The notes under the pieces: model-generated | The model's database searches: none | What the model was told of the DNA's origin: nothing | What the model saw: the letters and a program-made list of their open reading frames with translations, nothing else | Assembly: GCA_038237435.1 (NCBI GenBank) | Contig: JBBRYT010000001.1 | Location: 152,656-216,655 of the forward strand | Length of the DNA stretch: 64,000 nt | From: Chthoniobacterales bacterium | Lineage (GTDB): Bacteria; Verrucomicrobiota; Verrucomicrobiia; Chthoniobacterales; UBA10450 | Reading direction: 5' to 3' | In this document: positions 50,439 through 58,120 of the stretch, piece after piece | How the letters are laid out: every line of letters starts with the position of its first letter | Numbering within the stretch: position 1 is the first letter of the stretch | Translations under genes and position numbers: made by a program

Positions 50439-50453
50439 GCTGGAGACGCGTAA
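50418..50453. terminator. 13-bp interrupted hairpin between convergent genes
   Basis: TTACGCG-C-CTCCAG / loop TTGTTAGG / CTGGAG-A-CGCGTAA. The ydjC-like stop TAG (50436-50438) lies in the loop. Confidence 0.45.
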
Positions 50454-50461
50454 CGCTGCAG

Positions 50462-50585
50462 ATTAGTTTAGGAGGGTCTTACTCCCGCGTCTAAGTCCAC
50501 CTTTAGCATCCTTGCGCGGCTTTAAGTCCTTCATCTTCACCTGCGACTTCTTCGCGCTTTTCGTGCTTTTCTTTTGAGTTGGCAT
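50462..50585 (-). pseudogene. third small GG-motif peptide gene, broken by a 1-nt frameshift
   Basis: ATG 50585 gives MPTQKKSTKSAKKSQVKMKDLK, then stops at 50504-50502. Skipping one base after the A4 run (plus-strand T4, 50520-50523) continues PRKDAKGGLRRGSKTLLN-stop. That restores the motif shared with the two upstream peptides. Confidence 0.35.
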
Positions 50586-50652
50586 TTTTTCGTTGGGTTG
50601 GTTGTGCTCTGCTCGCATGGCGGGATCGGACCACCACGCGAGCCAGAGTCAA

Positions 50653-50844
50653 TTAGTCGTTCGTGACCGTCTTGTCGGTGTTGACGGTGCCGCCACTCGG
50701 ACTCGTGGTCCGGTCCAGCCCCCCGCTCGAGTCTTGATTGATCCGACCGCCGCCGCCCTTGGCGTCTTTTTTCGGGCTCAAATCTTGAATCTTGACGCCC
50801 GGTTTCTTTTCGTTGCCTTCAGTACCTTCTTTGTTTTGTGACAT
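50653..50844 (-). CDS. small Lys/Gly-rich peptide with a DLSPKKDAKGG motif (candidate double-glycine exported peptide)
   Basis: 63 aa: MSQNKEGTEGNEKKPGVKIQDLSPKKDAKGG-GGRINQDSSGGLDRTTSPSGGTVNTDKTVTND. Starts 2 nt after the preceding peptide gene. Confidence 0.55.
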   Translation of the reverse strand: MSQNKEGTEGNEKKPGVKIQDLSPKKDAKGGGGRINQDSSGGLDRTTSPSGGTVNTDKTVTND

Positions 50845-50846
50845 GA

Positions 50847-51035
50847 CTAGTTATTTCCTTTACTTGGGTTGTTTGTTTCGGTGTCCGAGGATCCGAAATA
50901 GAATTTGATACCACCACGCACGTTCTGCTTTGGAATTAGATCGTCCAAGCGGATCAATTTTTCTTTCTTACCTCCAGGCTTTTGATTTTTGTTATCTCCA
51001 GCTTGCGCACCTTTGTTTTGTTTTGATGCACTCAC
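50847..51035 (-). CDS. small Lys/Gly-rich peptide with a DLIPKQNVRGG motif (candidate double-glycine exported peptide)
   Basis: 62 aa with a GTG start preceded by AGGAG: MSASKQNKGAQAGDNKNQKPGGKKEKLIRLDDLIPKQNVRGG-IKFYFGSSDTETNNPSKGNN. Confidence 0.55.
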   Translation of the reverse strand: MSASKQNKGAQAGDNKNQKPGGKKEKLIRLDDLIPKQNVRGGIKFYFGSSDTETNNPSKGNN

Positions 51036-51203
51036 CTTGCCGCTCCTATTATCATCCTTCGTGCCAGCGTTGAAAAATGCGCGTGGGCGGCAAAGAACTA
51101 CTCGTTAGGCCGCGTCCAATCTGCCTATGGATCAAGGCTTTGCGCATCTGAAAAGATTTGGACCCGAAACGCGAGGGCGCCTTTTGACTCGACACCGAGT
51201 GGA

Positions 51204-52235
51204 TCATTTCGAGTCCTTCTCTGGATCCAAAATAGAGCCGTTGGCCTCGAAATGAGACACATTCTGCAAATAACGGACTAGGGTCGAACGCGAAATGCCC
51301 AGAAGCTTCGCCGTCAGGCGTTGATTACGATTGGCGCGAGCAAAAACAAACTGCACATGACGCGTCAAGGCGGACGACAGCGATAGATCCTGCCCGTTTG
51401 CGTCGCCCACTACTTCTGGCGTTTTCGTGTCGGCAGTACGCCTGGTCGATTCCGGGAGATCGGCCGAGAAGATCACGTTCTCCGGCAAAATTACTCCGCC
51501 TTCACAAAAAAGCGTCATGGTGTGCACGGTGTGACTCAGCTCACGTAAGTTTCCGCGCCAGTCGTGCGCCAGCAATCGCGCCATCGCTTCCGGATGAATG
51601 GCCCTGATCTTTTTTCCTTCCCGCGCCGCGGAAGCCTTTAGTTCCGTGGCGATCAAGGCCGGCAATTCCTCCAGCCGCTCACGCAACGGCGGAATCAAAA
51701 GAGTGACGCCGTTGAGTCGATGAAAAAGATCCTCTCGAAATTTTCCGTCGGCCACGCGCTGACGCAGCGAGCAATTGGCCGCGCAAATAATTCGCACATC
51801 GCAGCGCAACATTCGTTCGGAACCAAGCCTTTCGAATTCGCCATACTCCAGTGCGCGCAAAATTTTTACCTGCGCCAGTGCGCTCATCTCGGAAATTTCG
51901 TCAAGAAAAAGCGTACCGCTGTGCGCCAGCTCGAATTTTCCTTTCACGGCCTGCTGCGCACCGGTGAATGCGCCCCGCTCATGACCAAACAACTGACTTT
52001 CCAACAACGTGTCGCTCATCGCCGAAGCGTTGAAGGAAACGAAGGGCCGCCCTGCACGCAGGGATGAATTATGAATCGCGTGCGCCAGCAACGTTTTGCC
52101 CGTGCCCGTTTCCCCGAGGAGCACTACCGGCACGTCGGATTTGGATGCGACCGCGGCGAGCTGCAAACAACGCGCCATAGCGTCGGTGGTTGTGGTCAGG
52201 TCTTCGAGTTTCAAACCCGAAAGTGGCGCTTGCAT
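51204..52235 (-). CDS. sigma-54-dependent transcriptional activator lacking an N-terminal sensor/receiver domain
   Basis: 343 aa. The AAA+ domain begins about residue 25 (GETGTGKT, ERGAFTGA, LFLDEI). C-terminal Fis-type HTH (LLGISRSTLVRYL). Confidence 0.9.
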   Translation of the reverse strand: MQAPLSGLKLEDLTTTTDAMARCLQLAAVASKSDVPVVLLGETGTGKTLLAHAIHNSSLRAGRPFVSFNASAMSDTLLESQLFGHERGAFTGAQQAVKGKFELAHSGTLFLDEISEMSALAQVKILRALEYGEFERLGSERMLRCDVRIICAANCSLRQRVADGKFREDLFHRLNGVTLLIPPLRERLEELPALIATELKASAAREGKKIRAIHPEAMARLLAHDWRGNLRELSHTVHTMTLFCEGGVILPENVIFSADLPESTRRTADTKTPEVVGDANGQDLSLSSALTRHVQFVFARANRNQRLTAKLLGISRSTLVRYLQNVSHFEANGSILDPEKDSK

Positions 52236-52249
52236 TCGTTAGGCAGTCG

Positions 52250-53431
52250 TTAGTCGCGCGTATTCTCGCGCAATTGTCGGATCGGCTCGAAGGCGTATTC
52301 GATCATGGTACGACTACCCACCACGATGCGCGCTTCGCCTCGCATACCGACTCGCAGAGCCAGCGGCTTGGCGCGTTTGGCAGTGGCCTCGTCATCGATG
52401 GAAGCGAGGGCGACGAAACGCGGCCCTTCTGGCGCGGCCACGACCGAAGGACTAATCCAATCCAGACGGGCATTGACCACACCATAACGTTGATAGGGAT
52501 AAGCAGCGAAAAAGAACCGCACGCGTTGCCCGATGGAAAGCTTGGGGAGGCCCGCTTCGTTCAGCAGCAAACGCGCGCGCGGTTTGGAATCGAGCCGTGC
52601 CAACTGGCCAAGTTCCTGTCCGTTCTGTAGGACGCTCCCCGGATTTTTCTGCGCCAGTGAAATCACCACGGCATCATAAGGCGCGCGCAGTGTAAGCCGA
52701 TTTTGTTCGGTGTTTTCCAGGTCGCTTTTCAAGGCCGCAAGCCGGAATTTAATTTTCTCAATCTCAGCCAAATCCTGTCCACGTTGCCGCGCATGCTCCA
52801 TGTCGAGGCGCTGCCGGTCGAGAGTCACCTGCTGCAAACTGCGTTGCGCGACGCTGTAATCTTTTTCCGAGGCCGCGAGATCGAGCCTCATTCGTAAGAG
52901 CTCCACCTGCGAGATGCCGCCATTTTTCGACAGCTTGTCCATGCGGTCGACCAGTTCGGCGTTGGTCTTGGAGTGACGTTCGCGAAATTCTACTTCGCTT
53001 TTCGATTGCGCGATTTCGGCATCTTTGATTTCCATCTGCGCGCCAAAAGCGGACTCCGTCTTCTTTAGACTTTCTTCGCGCGTCCGTAGATCCTCCGCGA
53101 GTGTCAGATTCTGGGTATCGCGGTTGCGGATTTCATCCGATTGCAAAACGAACAACTCTTGCCCTTGCTTAACCGCGTCGCCTTCGCTGACCGAAACTTT
53201 GTGCAAAATCGCGAGTAACGGCGATTGGATCGGATCGGCACCTTCCCGCGGCACAAGCACAAAGGGCGCAGTTACATTTTCCGGCAGGTGAACCAGGCAG
53301 GCGGCCAGAATCCCGACGGCAAAAAATGCAATCAAGAGCCATCCGCTTGCCCTCATAATCCACGAGGGCGGGTCTTGCGGCAGCATTTCCGATTCTGTTT
53401 CGAAGGAACCGCGAACAGCCTGGGTTGCCAT
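52250..53431 (-). CDS. HlyD-family secretion adaptor protein
   Basis: 393 aa. N-terminal TM anchor, lipoyl-like and coiled-coil hairpin regions, and a C-terminal beta-barrel pattern. Confidence 0.85.
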   Translation of the reverse strand: MATQAVRGSFETESEMLPQDPPSWIMRASGWLLIAFFAVGILAACLVHLPENVTAPFVLVPREGADPIQSPLLAILHKVSVSEGDAVKQGQELFVLQSDEIRNRDTQNLTLAEDLRTREESLKKTESAFGAQMEIKDAEIAQSKSEVEFRERHSKTNAELVDRMDKLSKNGGISQVELLRMRLDLAASEKDYSVAQRSLQQVTLDRQRLDMEHARQRGQDLAEIEKIKFRLAALKSDLENTEQNRLTLRAPYDAVVISLAQKNPGSVLQNGQELGQLARLDSKPRARLLLNEAGLPKLSIGQRVRFFFAAYPYQRYGVVNARLDWISPSVVAAPEGPRFVALASIDDEATAKRAKPLALRVGMRGEARIVVGSRTMIEYAFEPIRQLRENTRD

Positions 53432-53437
53432 AATAGA

Positions 53438-56400
53438 TCAGATTCCGAGCTGCTGACTCGACAGGTAAAAATACAGGCCGCGCTGGGCCATGAGTTGATC
53501 GTGATTGCCGGTTTCCGCGACCATTCCCTTTTCCAAAACAACAATTGTATCCGCTTCGCGAATCGTGCTCAGTCGATGCGCGATCACGATCGTCGTCCGG
53601 CCCGCCATTAAACGGCCGAGATTATCCTGAATGGCACGCTCCGATTCAGTATCGAGGGCGCTCGTTGCCTCGTCGAAAATCAAGACGGGCGGGTTGTTGT
53701 AAATCGCGCGAGCGATGGCAACACGTTGTTTTTGTCCGCCAGAGAGCGAAAGACCAGATTCGCCGATCTTTGTTTCGTAACCCATCGGCAAACGCATGAT
53801 GAAATCGTGCGCGGCCGCGGTTTGCGCCGCCGTCAAAACCCGATCGAGATCCGGCTCCGCATCACCGAATGCGATGTTGCGTGCGATCGTTTCGTTAAAA
53901 ATGTGATTTTCCTGCAACACCATACCGATGTGCCGGCGAACATCGCGATAGTTGAGCGTTTTCAGATCGACATGATCGAACATGATCGTGCCTTCCGTCG
54001 GTTCGAGCAGACCCGCGATTAATTTTATCAGAGTGGTCTTACCGCAACCGCTTCGTCCGACTAATGCGACCATTCTGCCCGGCGCGAGATCGAGCGTGAT
54101 GTTACTCAAAATATTTGGCGCTTCCGGTCCGCCGTACTTGAAGCTGACCTTCTTCAACTCGATGCGGCCTTCGAGACTATGCACCGGCGCGAGGCGCGAA
54201 CGATCGCGGCCCTGCTCCGGATCCTGTTCGAAAATATCGTTCAGCCGGTTCAGCAACACCGAAGCAAACTGCATGTTGTCCCAGACGCCGAGCGTGCGCA
54301 GGATCCCGCCGTAAGCGAGCGCGGTCAGCGAACTGAAGGCGACGAATCCACCGACGCTGAGCGATCCGTTCATCACCTGATTCGCCCCCACCCAGAGGAA
54401 AATAGCGGTCGATAACATTCCGATCGTTTGCAGCACACTGTCATACGACATGACAATGAAACTGCTGCGGAAAATCTTCTGCGAAACGGCCAGAAATTCG
54501 TTCAGCATCGTGTCGCGGAAGACAGCTTCCGCCGACGCCGCCTTGACTGCTTCGATGCCTTTGATCGCGTCGATCTGATGTGAGCTGTACTTTCCCTGGC
54601 TCTCTTCCACGCTCGCAAAAAGCGGACGCAGGACCTTGAAAGAGAAATACATTAACCCCGCGTAGAGCGGCGTCGTGCAAAGAAACGCGAACATCAGCGA
54701 CGAGCTGTAGAGCGTCATTAAACAAAGCGAACCGACCAGCGTGACCAGTGCCAGCAACGCGCCGATGCCCTGACCGACAGCGAATTGCCGCACCTGCCGC
54801 GCGCCGTCGAGTCGGCGTTGAATGTCGCCGGTGCGTCGGCTGGTGAAATAAGTCATCGGCAACGAAAGTAATTGCCGGCTAAGAAAATCGAGGATGGAAG
54901 TGTCGAGTCGCACCGCAGCGAACGCCAATAAATATTGCTGAATCAGATTCGAAGCCTGCACGAAGAAAAGCGCGATCGCCATTCCCAGGAGAATCACTTT
55001 CAGCAGCCCGATATCGTGTTCGACGATGACCTTATCGACCACCATCTGCGTGAAGATGGGGAAGAGCATTTGCAAGAACGTCACTGCGACCGCGAGCAGC
55101 AACACTTGCAGCAGAGTCTTGCGGTGTTGTGTGAAGAACGGCAGCACCCACGCCAGTGATGGTTTGCTTTCCGGCGCCTGCTCGAAGGCGACCGTGTAAT
55201 CGAAGAGCGCAGCGTAGCCCGACCAATTCATTTCAAATTCCTTGCGCGGAATTTTCCGAATCCCGCGCGCCGGATCGGCCACACGCACGAACTTGTCGTT
55301 CACATCGAAGAGCACCATCCAATGGTTGCCTTCCCAATGAATGATCGCGGGCAACGGCATGGCCGGCAGATTGCGCAGCGAAATTTTCAGCGCGCGCGCC
55401 GCCAGGCCGAGTTCGGTGGCCGCGCGACACATCGCTTTCAAGCTCGTGCCATCAGTCGACGTGTGACAGAGCTGGCGAATTCTGGTCAGGCTAACTTTGC
55501 GTCCGAAATGACGGCAGATCATCCCAAGGCTGGCCGCGCCGCAATCCATCTCGTCGATCTGCGCGACATGCTCGAACTTACGGATGCGACGCGCGCGTTT
55601 TTTGAAAAGACCTTGCTCATCGGCAAACGGATCGGCACTGCCGTCGCGATCCGCCGGTTGGGCGGTTTCGTCGATCGCGACCTTGTTGTGCGCGCGCACT
55701 TCCGCAGGCAAAGTCTCTTCGCTGAAATCGAGCGGAACGCGCGCCTCCGTTTTCGCATGGTACTGAGCGAGCCTCTCGTCGAGCAGTTTGCTGAAATCCG
55801 GAAATTCCTTTTTCAGCTCCTGCACAGATTCGGGTGCAAGCGTAAGCAACCGGCAATCGGAAAATGCTTCCACCGAAGCGGCGCGGGGCGAACCGTTCAG
55901 AATGGAGAGCTCGCCGAAAAAATCGCCATCACGATAAAAGGCGAGATTCGTTTCGCGCCCATTGTTTCCGGCAAAGGCGCGGGCGCGTCCTTTCTCCAAA
56001 ATGTACATCGGCCCCGCGGCATCGCCCTGTCGGATAATGAGATCCCCTTTCGGGACTTCGATGGGCGAAAGTTTTTCCACCACGCTGCGCAACGCGGGCG
56101 TGGGCAACCGGCCGAAGTTACTGAACTCGTAAAGAAAGCCCTGTAGGGAGCGGTGGCGTTTGATCAGCTCGACCTCTTGTTTGATCTCGGGCACTTCCTC
56201 CGAGAGCGCGAGAAAATCAGAGCGATTCAATTTCAAAACCGTGACCGCCGTGCTGCAACGCACCATGGCATTGCGCGTGCCGCCTTCGCCGAGCGCCGCT
56301 TCGCCGAACACATCCCCGGGGCGCAAAGTTGCGAGCGCGATTTCCGTTCCGTTCTGGTCGGTCTTGATCGCGCGAGCGCGGCCTGAAAGCAGAACATAAA

Positions 56401-56551
56401 ACGAATCGGCGGGATCGTTTTGGTGCACGATCACGTCGCCAAATTCAAAATTCTCTTCCTTCAACAACGGGCGCAGACGGCCGAAATATTGCTCGGGCAA
56501 AAATCGAAACAGCGAAGTGCGCTGCAGAATTTCTTCGTCCTGCGTTCTCAT
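53438..56551 (-). CDS. peptidase-C39-containing ABC exporter with two N-terminal cyclic-nucleotide-binding domains
   Basis: Two cNMP-binding modules (FGEAAL...RNAMV, FGELSIL...RAASV). C39 domain with DEMDCGAASLGMI Cys and a downstream NHW His. Six-TM ABC core. Walker A GRSGCGKTT, LSGGQKQR, LIFDEATSALD. ATG 56551 forms an ATGA overlap with the upstream gene; the longer GTG 56581 start is possible. Confidence 0.9.
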   Translation of the reverse strand: MRTQDEEILQRTSLFRFLPEQYFGRLRPLLKEENFEFGDVIVHQNDPADSFYVLLSGRARAIKTDQNGTEIALATLRPGDVFGEAALGEGGTRNAMVRCSTAVTVLKLNRSDFLALSEEVPEIKQEVELIKRHRSLQGFLYEFSNFGRLPTPALRSVVEKLSPIEVPKGDLIIRQGDAAGPMYILEKGRARAFAGNNGRETNLAFYRDGDFFGELSILNGSPRAASVEAFSDCRLLTLAPESVQELKKEFPDFSKLLDERLAQYHAKTEARVPLDFSEETLPAEVRAHNKVAIDETAQPADRDGSADPFADEQGLFKKRARRIRKFEHVAQIDEMDCGAASLGMICRHFGRKVSLTRIRQLCHTSTDGTSLKAMCRAATELGLAARALKISLRNLPAMPLPAIIHWEGNHWMVLFDVNDKFVRVADPARGIRKIPRKEFEMNWSGYAALFDYTVAFEQAPESKPSLAWVLPFFTQHRKTLLQVLLLAVAVTFLQMLFPIFTQMVVDKVIVEHDIGLLKVILLGMAIALFFVQASNLIQQYLLAFAAVRLDTSILDFLSRQLLSLPMTYFTSRRTGDIQRRLDGARQVRQFAVGQGIGALLALVTLVGSLCLMTLYSSSLMFAFLCTTPLYAGLMYFSFKVLRPLFASVEESQGKYSSHQIDAIKGIEAVKAASAEAVFRDTMLNEFLAVSQKIFRSSFIVMSYDSVLQTIGMLSTAIFLWVGANQVMNGSLSVGGFVAFSSLTALAYGGILRTLGVWDNMQFASVLLNRLNDIFEQDPEQGRDRSRLAPVHSLEGRIELKKVSFKYGGPEAPNILSNITLDLAPGRMVALVGRSGCGKTTLIKLIAGLLEPTEGTIMFDHVDLKTLNYRDVRRHIGMVLQENHIFNETIARNIAFGDAEPDLDRVLTAAQTAAAHDFIMRLPMGYETKIGESGLSLSGGQKQRVAIARAIYNNPPVLIFDEATSALDTESERAIQDNLGRLMAGRTTIVIAHRLSTIREADTIVVLEKGMVAETGNHDQLMAQRGLYFYLSSQQLGI

Positions 56552-57513
56552 TCTGCGCCGTTTACCGGAGGAATACGCCACTGGATCCTGCCGGACGCGA
56601 GGTCGGCAAAATGGCGGGACAAAATTCTTTGATCGACGCGCTCACGCACTGCCGCGTCGTCCAGTTTCGGTTCGTTTTTTTGCAAGAGGCGCGTCAGCAC
56701 GAAACCGTCATCGCGCGCCGTCGGCTCGAGCAAGCTCCCCGGCGTGAGACTGAGAAATCGTTGCTGCATATCGTCGGGAATATTTTCCAACAACAGTTCC
56801 ATGCGACGAAAAGGATAGCGACCTTCGCGCGCCACTTCTTCCATCGACATACCATCGTCGCGCACGCACATGAAAGCTTCGCGGGCCGCATCGCGCGATT
56901 CCAGCTCGATCATCTCGACCGCGAAACGTGTCAGCGGCAATCGCACCGCGCCCAGCTCACGTTCGCGCGCTTCTTTCGTCAGGCGTTGTTCACAATGACT
57001 GCGGTAGGCAGCTTCCAAGTCCTCCAAATTTTCGTCGTCGGATGCCGCCACCCGCCAGGCAAAACGTTGCGCCATTCGGTCGAGTTCCCCCGATAAAACC
57101 AGATCCACCATGAAAAGATCGCGCTCCTCCTCATTCGCATCTTCAAAAGGAGTCGCGGGCGCTTCACCTCGTCCGGCGTAAATTTTCCCCCACTCGATCC
57201 GGGCAAAATATTCGCTGAAATCCGACAGAGTCAGTCCACGCGCCTCCAACCAGGCTTCTGTCTCTTCTGCGGTGATCAAGTCGTATTGGTAACGAAAAGC
57301 GATGGCCGCCTCATCGATAACCGACCCATCCAACTCAGTGTCTGATTCCTCACCCCGCGCAGCCGCTTCTTTGCGACGAAGAAATTCCTGCCAGAGCGGC
57401 GCGACCTCGCCGCGAAAATGCGCGGCTTCAATCAAATCGCGCACGGTATAATCCCGCGACCCGCGAGAAAAAACCGGACGGCTCTCCTTTAATACTGGCA
57501 CCGAACTCGCCAT
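56548..57513 (-). CDS. acidic hypothetical protein, first gene of the export cluster (possibly a parvulin/PpiC-like accessory protein)
   Basis: 321 aa. The C-terminal half (ESRDAAREAFMCVRDDGMSMEEVAREG ... GFVLTRLL) loosely resembles rotamase-like domains. This is an impression only. Confidence 0.5.
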   Translation of the reverse strand: MASSVPVLKESRPVFSRGSRDYTVRDLIEAAHFRGEVAPLWQEFLRRKEAAARGEESDTELDGSVIDEAAIAFRYQYDLITAEETEAWLEARGLTLSDFSEYFARIEWGKIYAGRGEAPATPFEDANEEERDLFMVDLVLSGELDRMAQRFAWRVAASDDENLEDLEAAYRSHCEQRLTKEARERELGAVRLPLTRFAVEMIELESRDAAREAFMCVRDDGMSMEEVAREGRYPFRRMELLLENIPDDMQQRFLSLTPGSLLEPTARDDGFVLTRLLQKNEPKLDDAAVRERVDQRILSRHFADLASGRIQWRIPPVNGAE

Positions 57514-57616
57514 GAGGTGCGCTTTATAATAGAAAGACCAGAATAAGTCGAGATACCATCTCCCTAGCCGTCAATGCGCGAACGGTTTGGCCAAACGGCC
57601 AGCTTTTTTCGGACCT

Positions 57617-58120
57617 CTATTCTTTCGCGCCGAGATCGCCGGCGTAGCGCATTTCATTCGTCATCAAGAACCCGAGGCGCTCGTAAAGTTTTCGGCCTTC
57701 ATCAGATGCGTGAAGAACCAAGCGATCCAGCCGCTCGCTTTCCGCCCACGTGATAATTTCGCGCATGAGCGCTTGGCCGACTCCGCGACGACGCCATTCC
57801 TGCTCAGTGAAAACGTTAATGACGATGGCGTGCCGACCTTCAGCGATGGCCACTTCGCCATTCGTTTTCTTGAATGGGTGAGGTGAAACGCGCCGCAGTT
57901 GAACTCCCGCACCGCCGATCACCTCGCCAACGGCAGTCGCCAGCCAACCAACATATTCTCCGCTGCGAAATCCGTTGGTGAGCCATGTTTCAGCACTGGT
58001 GCGAAAGTCTTCGTAGAGGGCTGGTGGAACTTGCCCCATGTCACGAAACATTCCGGCGCGATGCGCTGCGATAATTCCGGCGTCAGCCATCGTGGCGCAA
58101 CGGAGGACAAACTCCTTCAC
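57617..58120 (-). CDS. GNAT family N-acetyltransferase
   Basis: 167 aa. QEWRRRGVGQALM acetyl-CoA binding motif. Confidence 0.8.
   Translation of the reverse strand: MKEFVLRCATMADAGIIAAHRAGMFRDMGQVPPALYEDFRTSAETWLTNGFRSGEYVGWLATAVGEVIGGAGVQLRRVSPHPFKKTNGEVAIAEGRHAIVINVFTEQEWRRRGVGQALMREIITWAESERLDRLVLHASDEGRKLYERLGFLMTNEMRYAGDLGAKE

Noticed and set aside
51051-51066. Sigma-54 promoter for the peptide genes (TGGCACGAAGGATGAT)
   Set aside because: The -24 half is perfect, but the -12 element lacks the invariant GC. The predicted start would also fall within the AGGAG/GTG initiation region. It is kept only as a remark inside a finding, not as a feature.
55322-56146. 274-aa ORF antisense to the C39-ABC exporter
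   Set aside because: It is a shadow ORF within the cNMP-binding/C39 region of a well-supported gene.
57560-57600. GGCC-AAAC-GGCC hairpin followed by a T-run on the plus strand (possible terminator)
   Set aside because: The stem is only 4 bp, and no plus-strand gene ends upstream of it. On the minus strand it is not followed by a T-tract.
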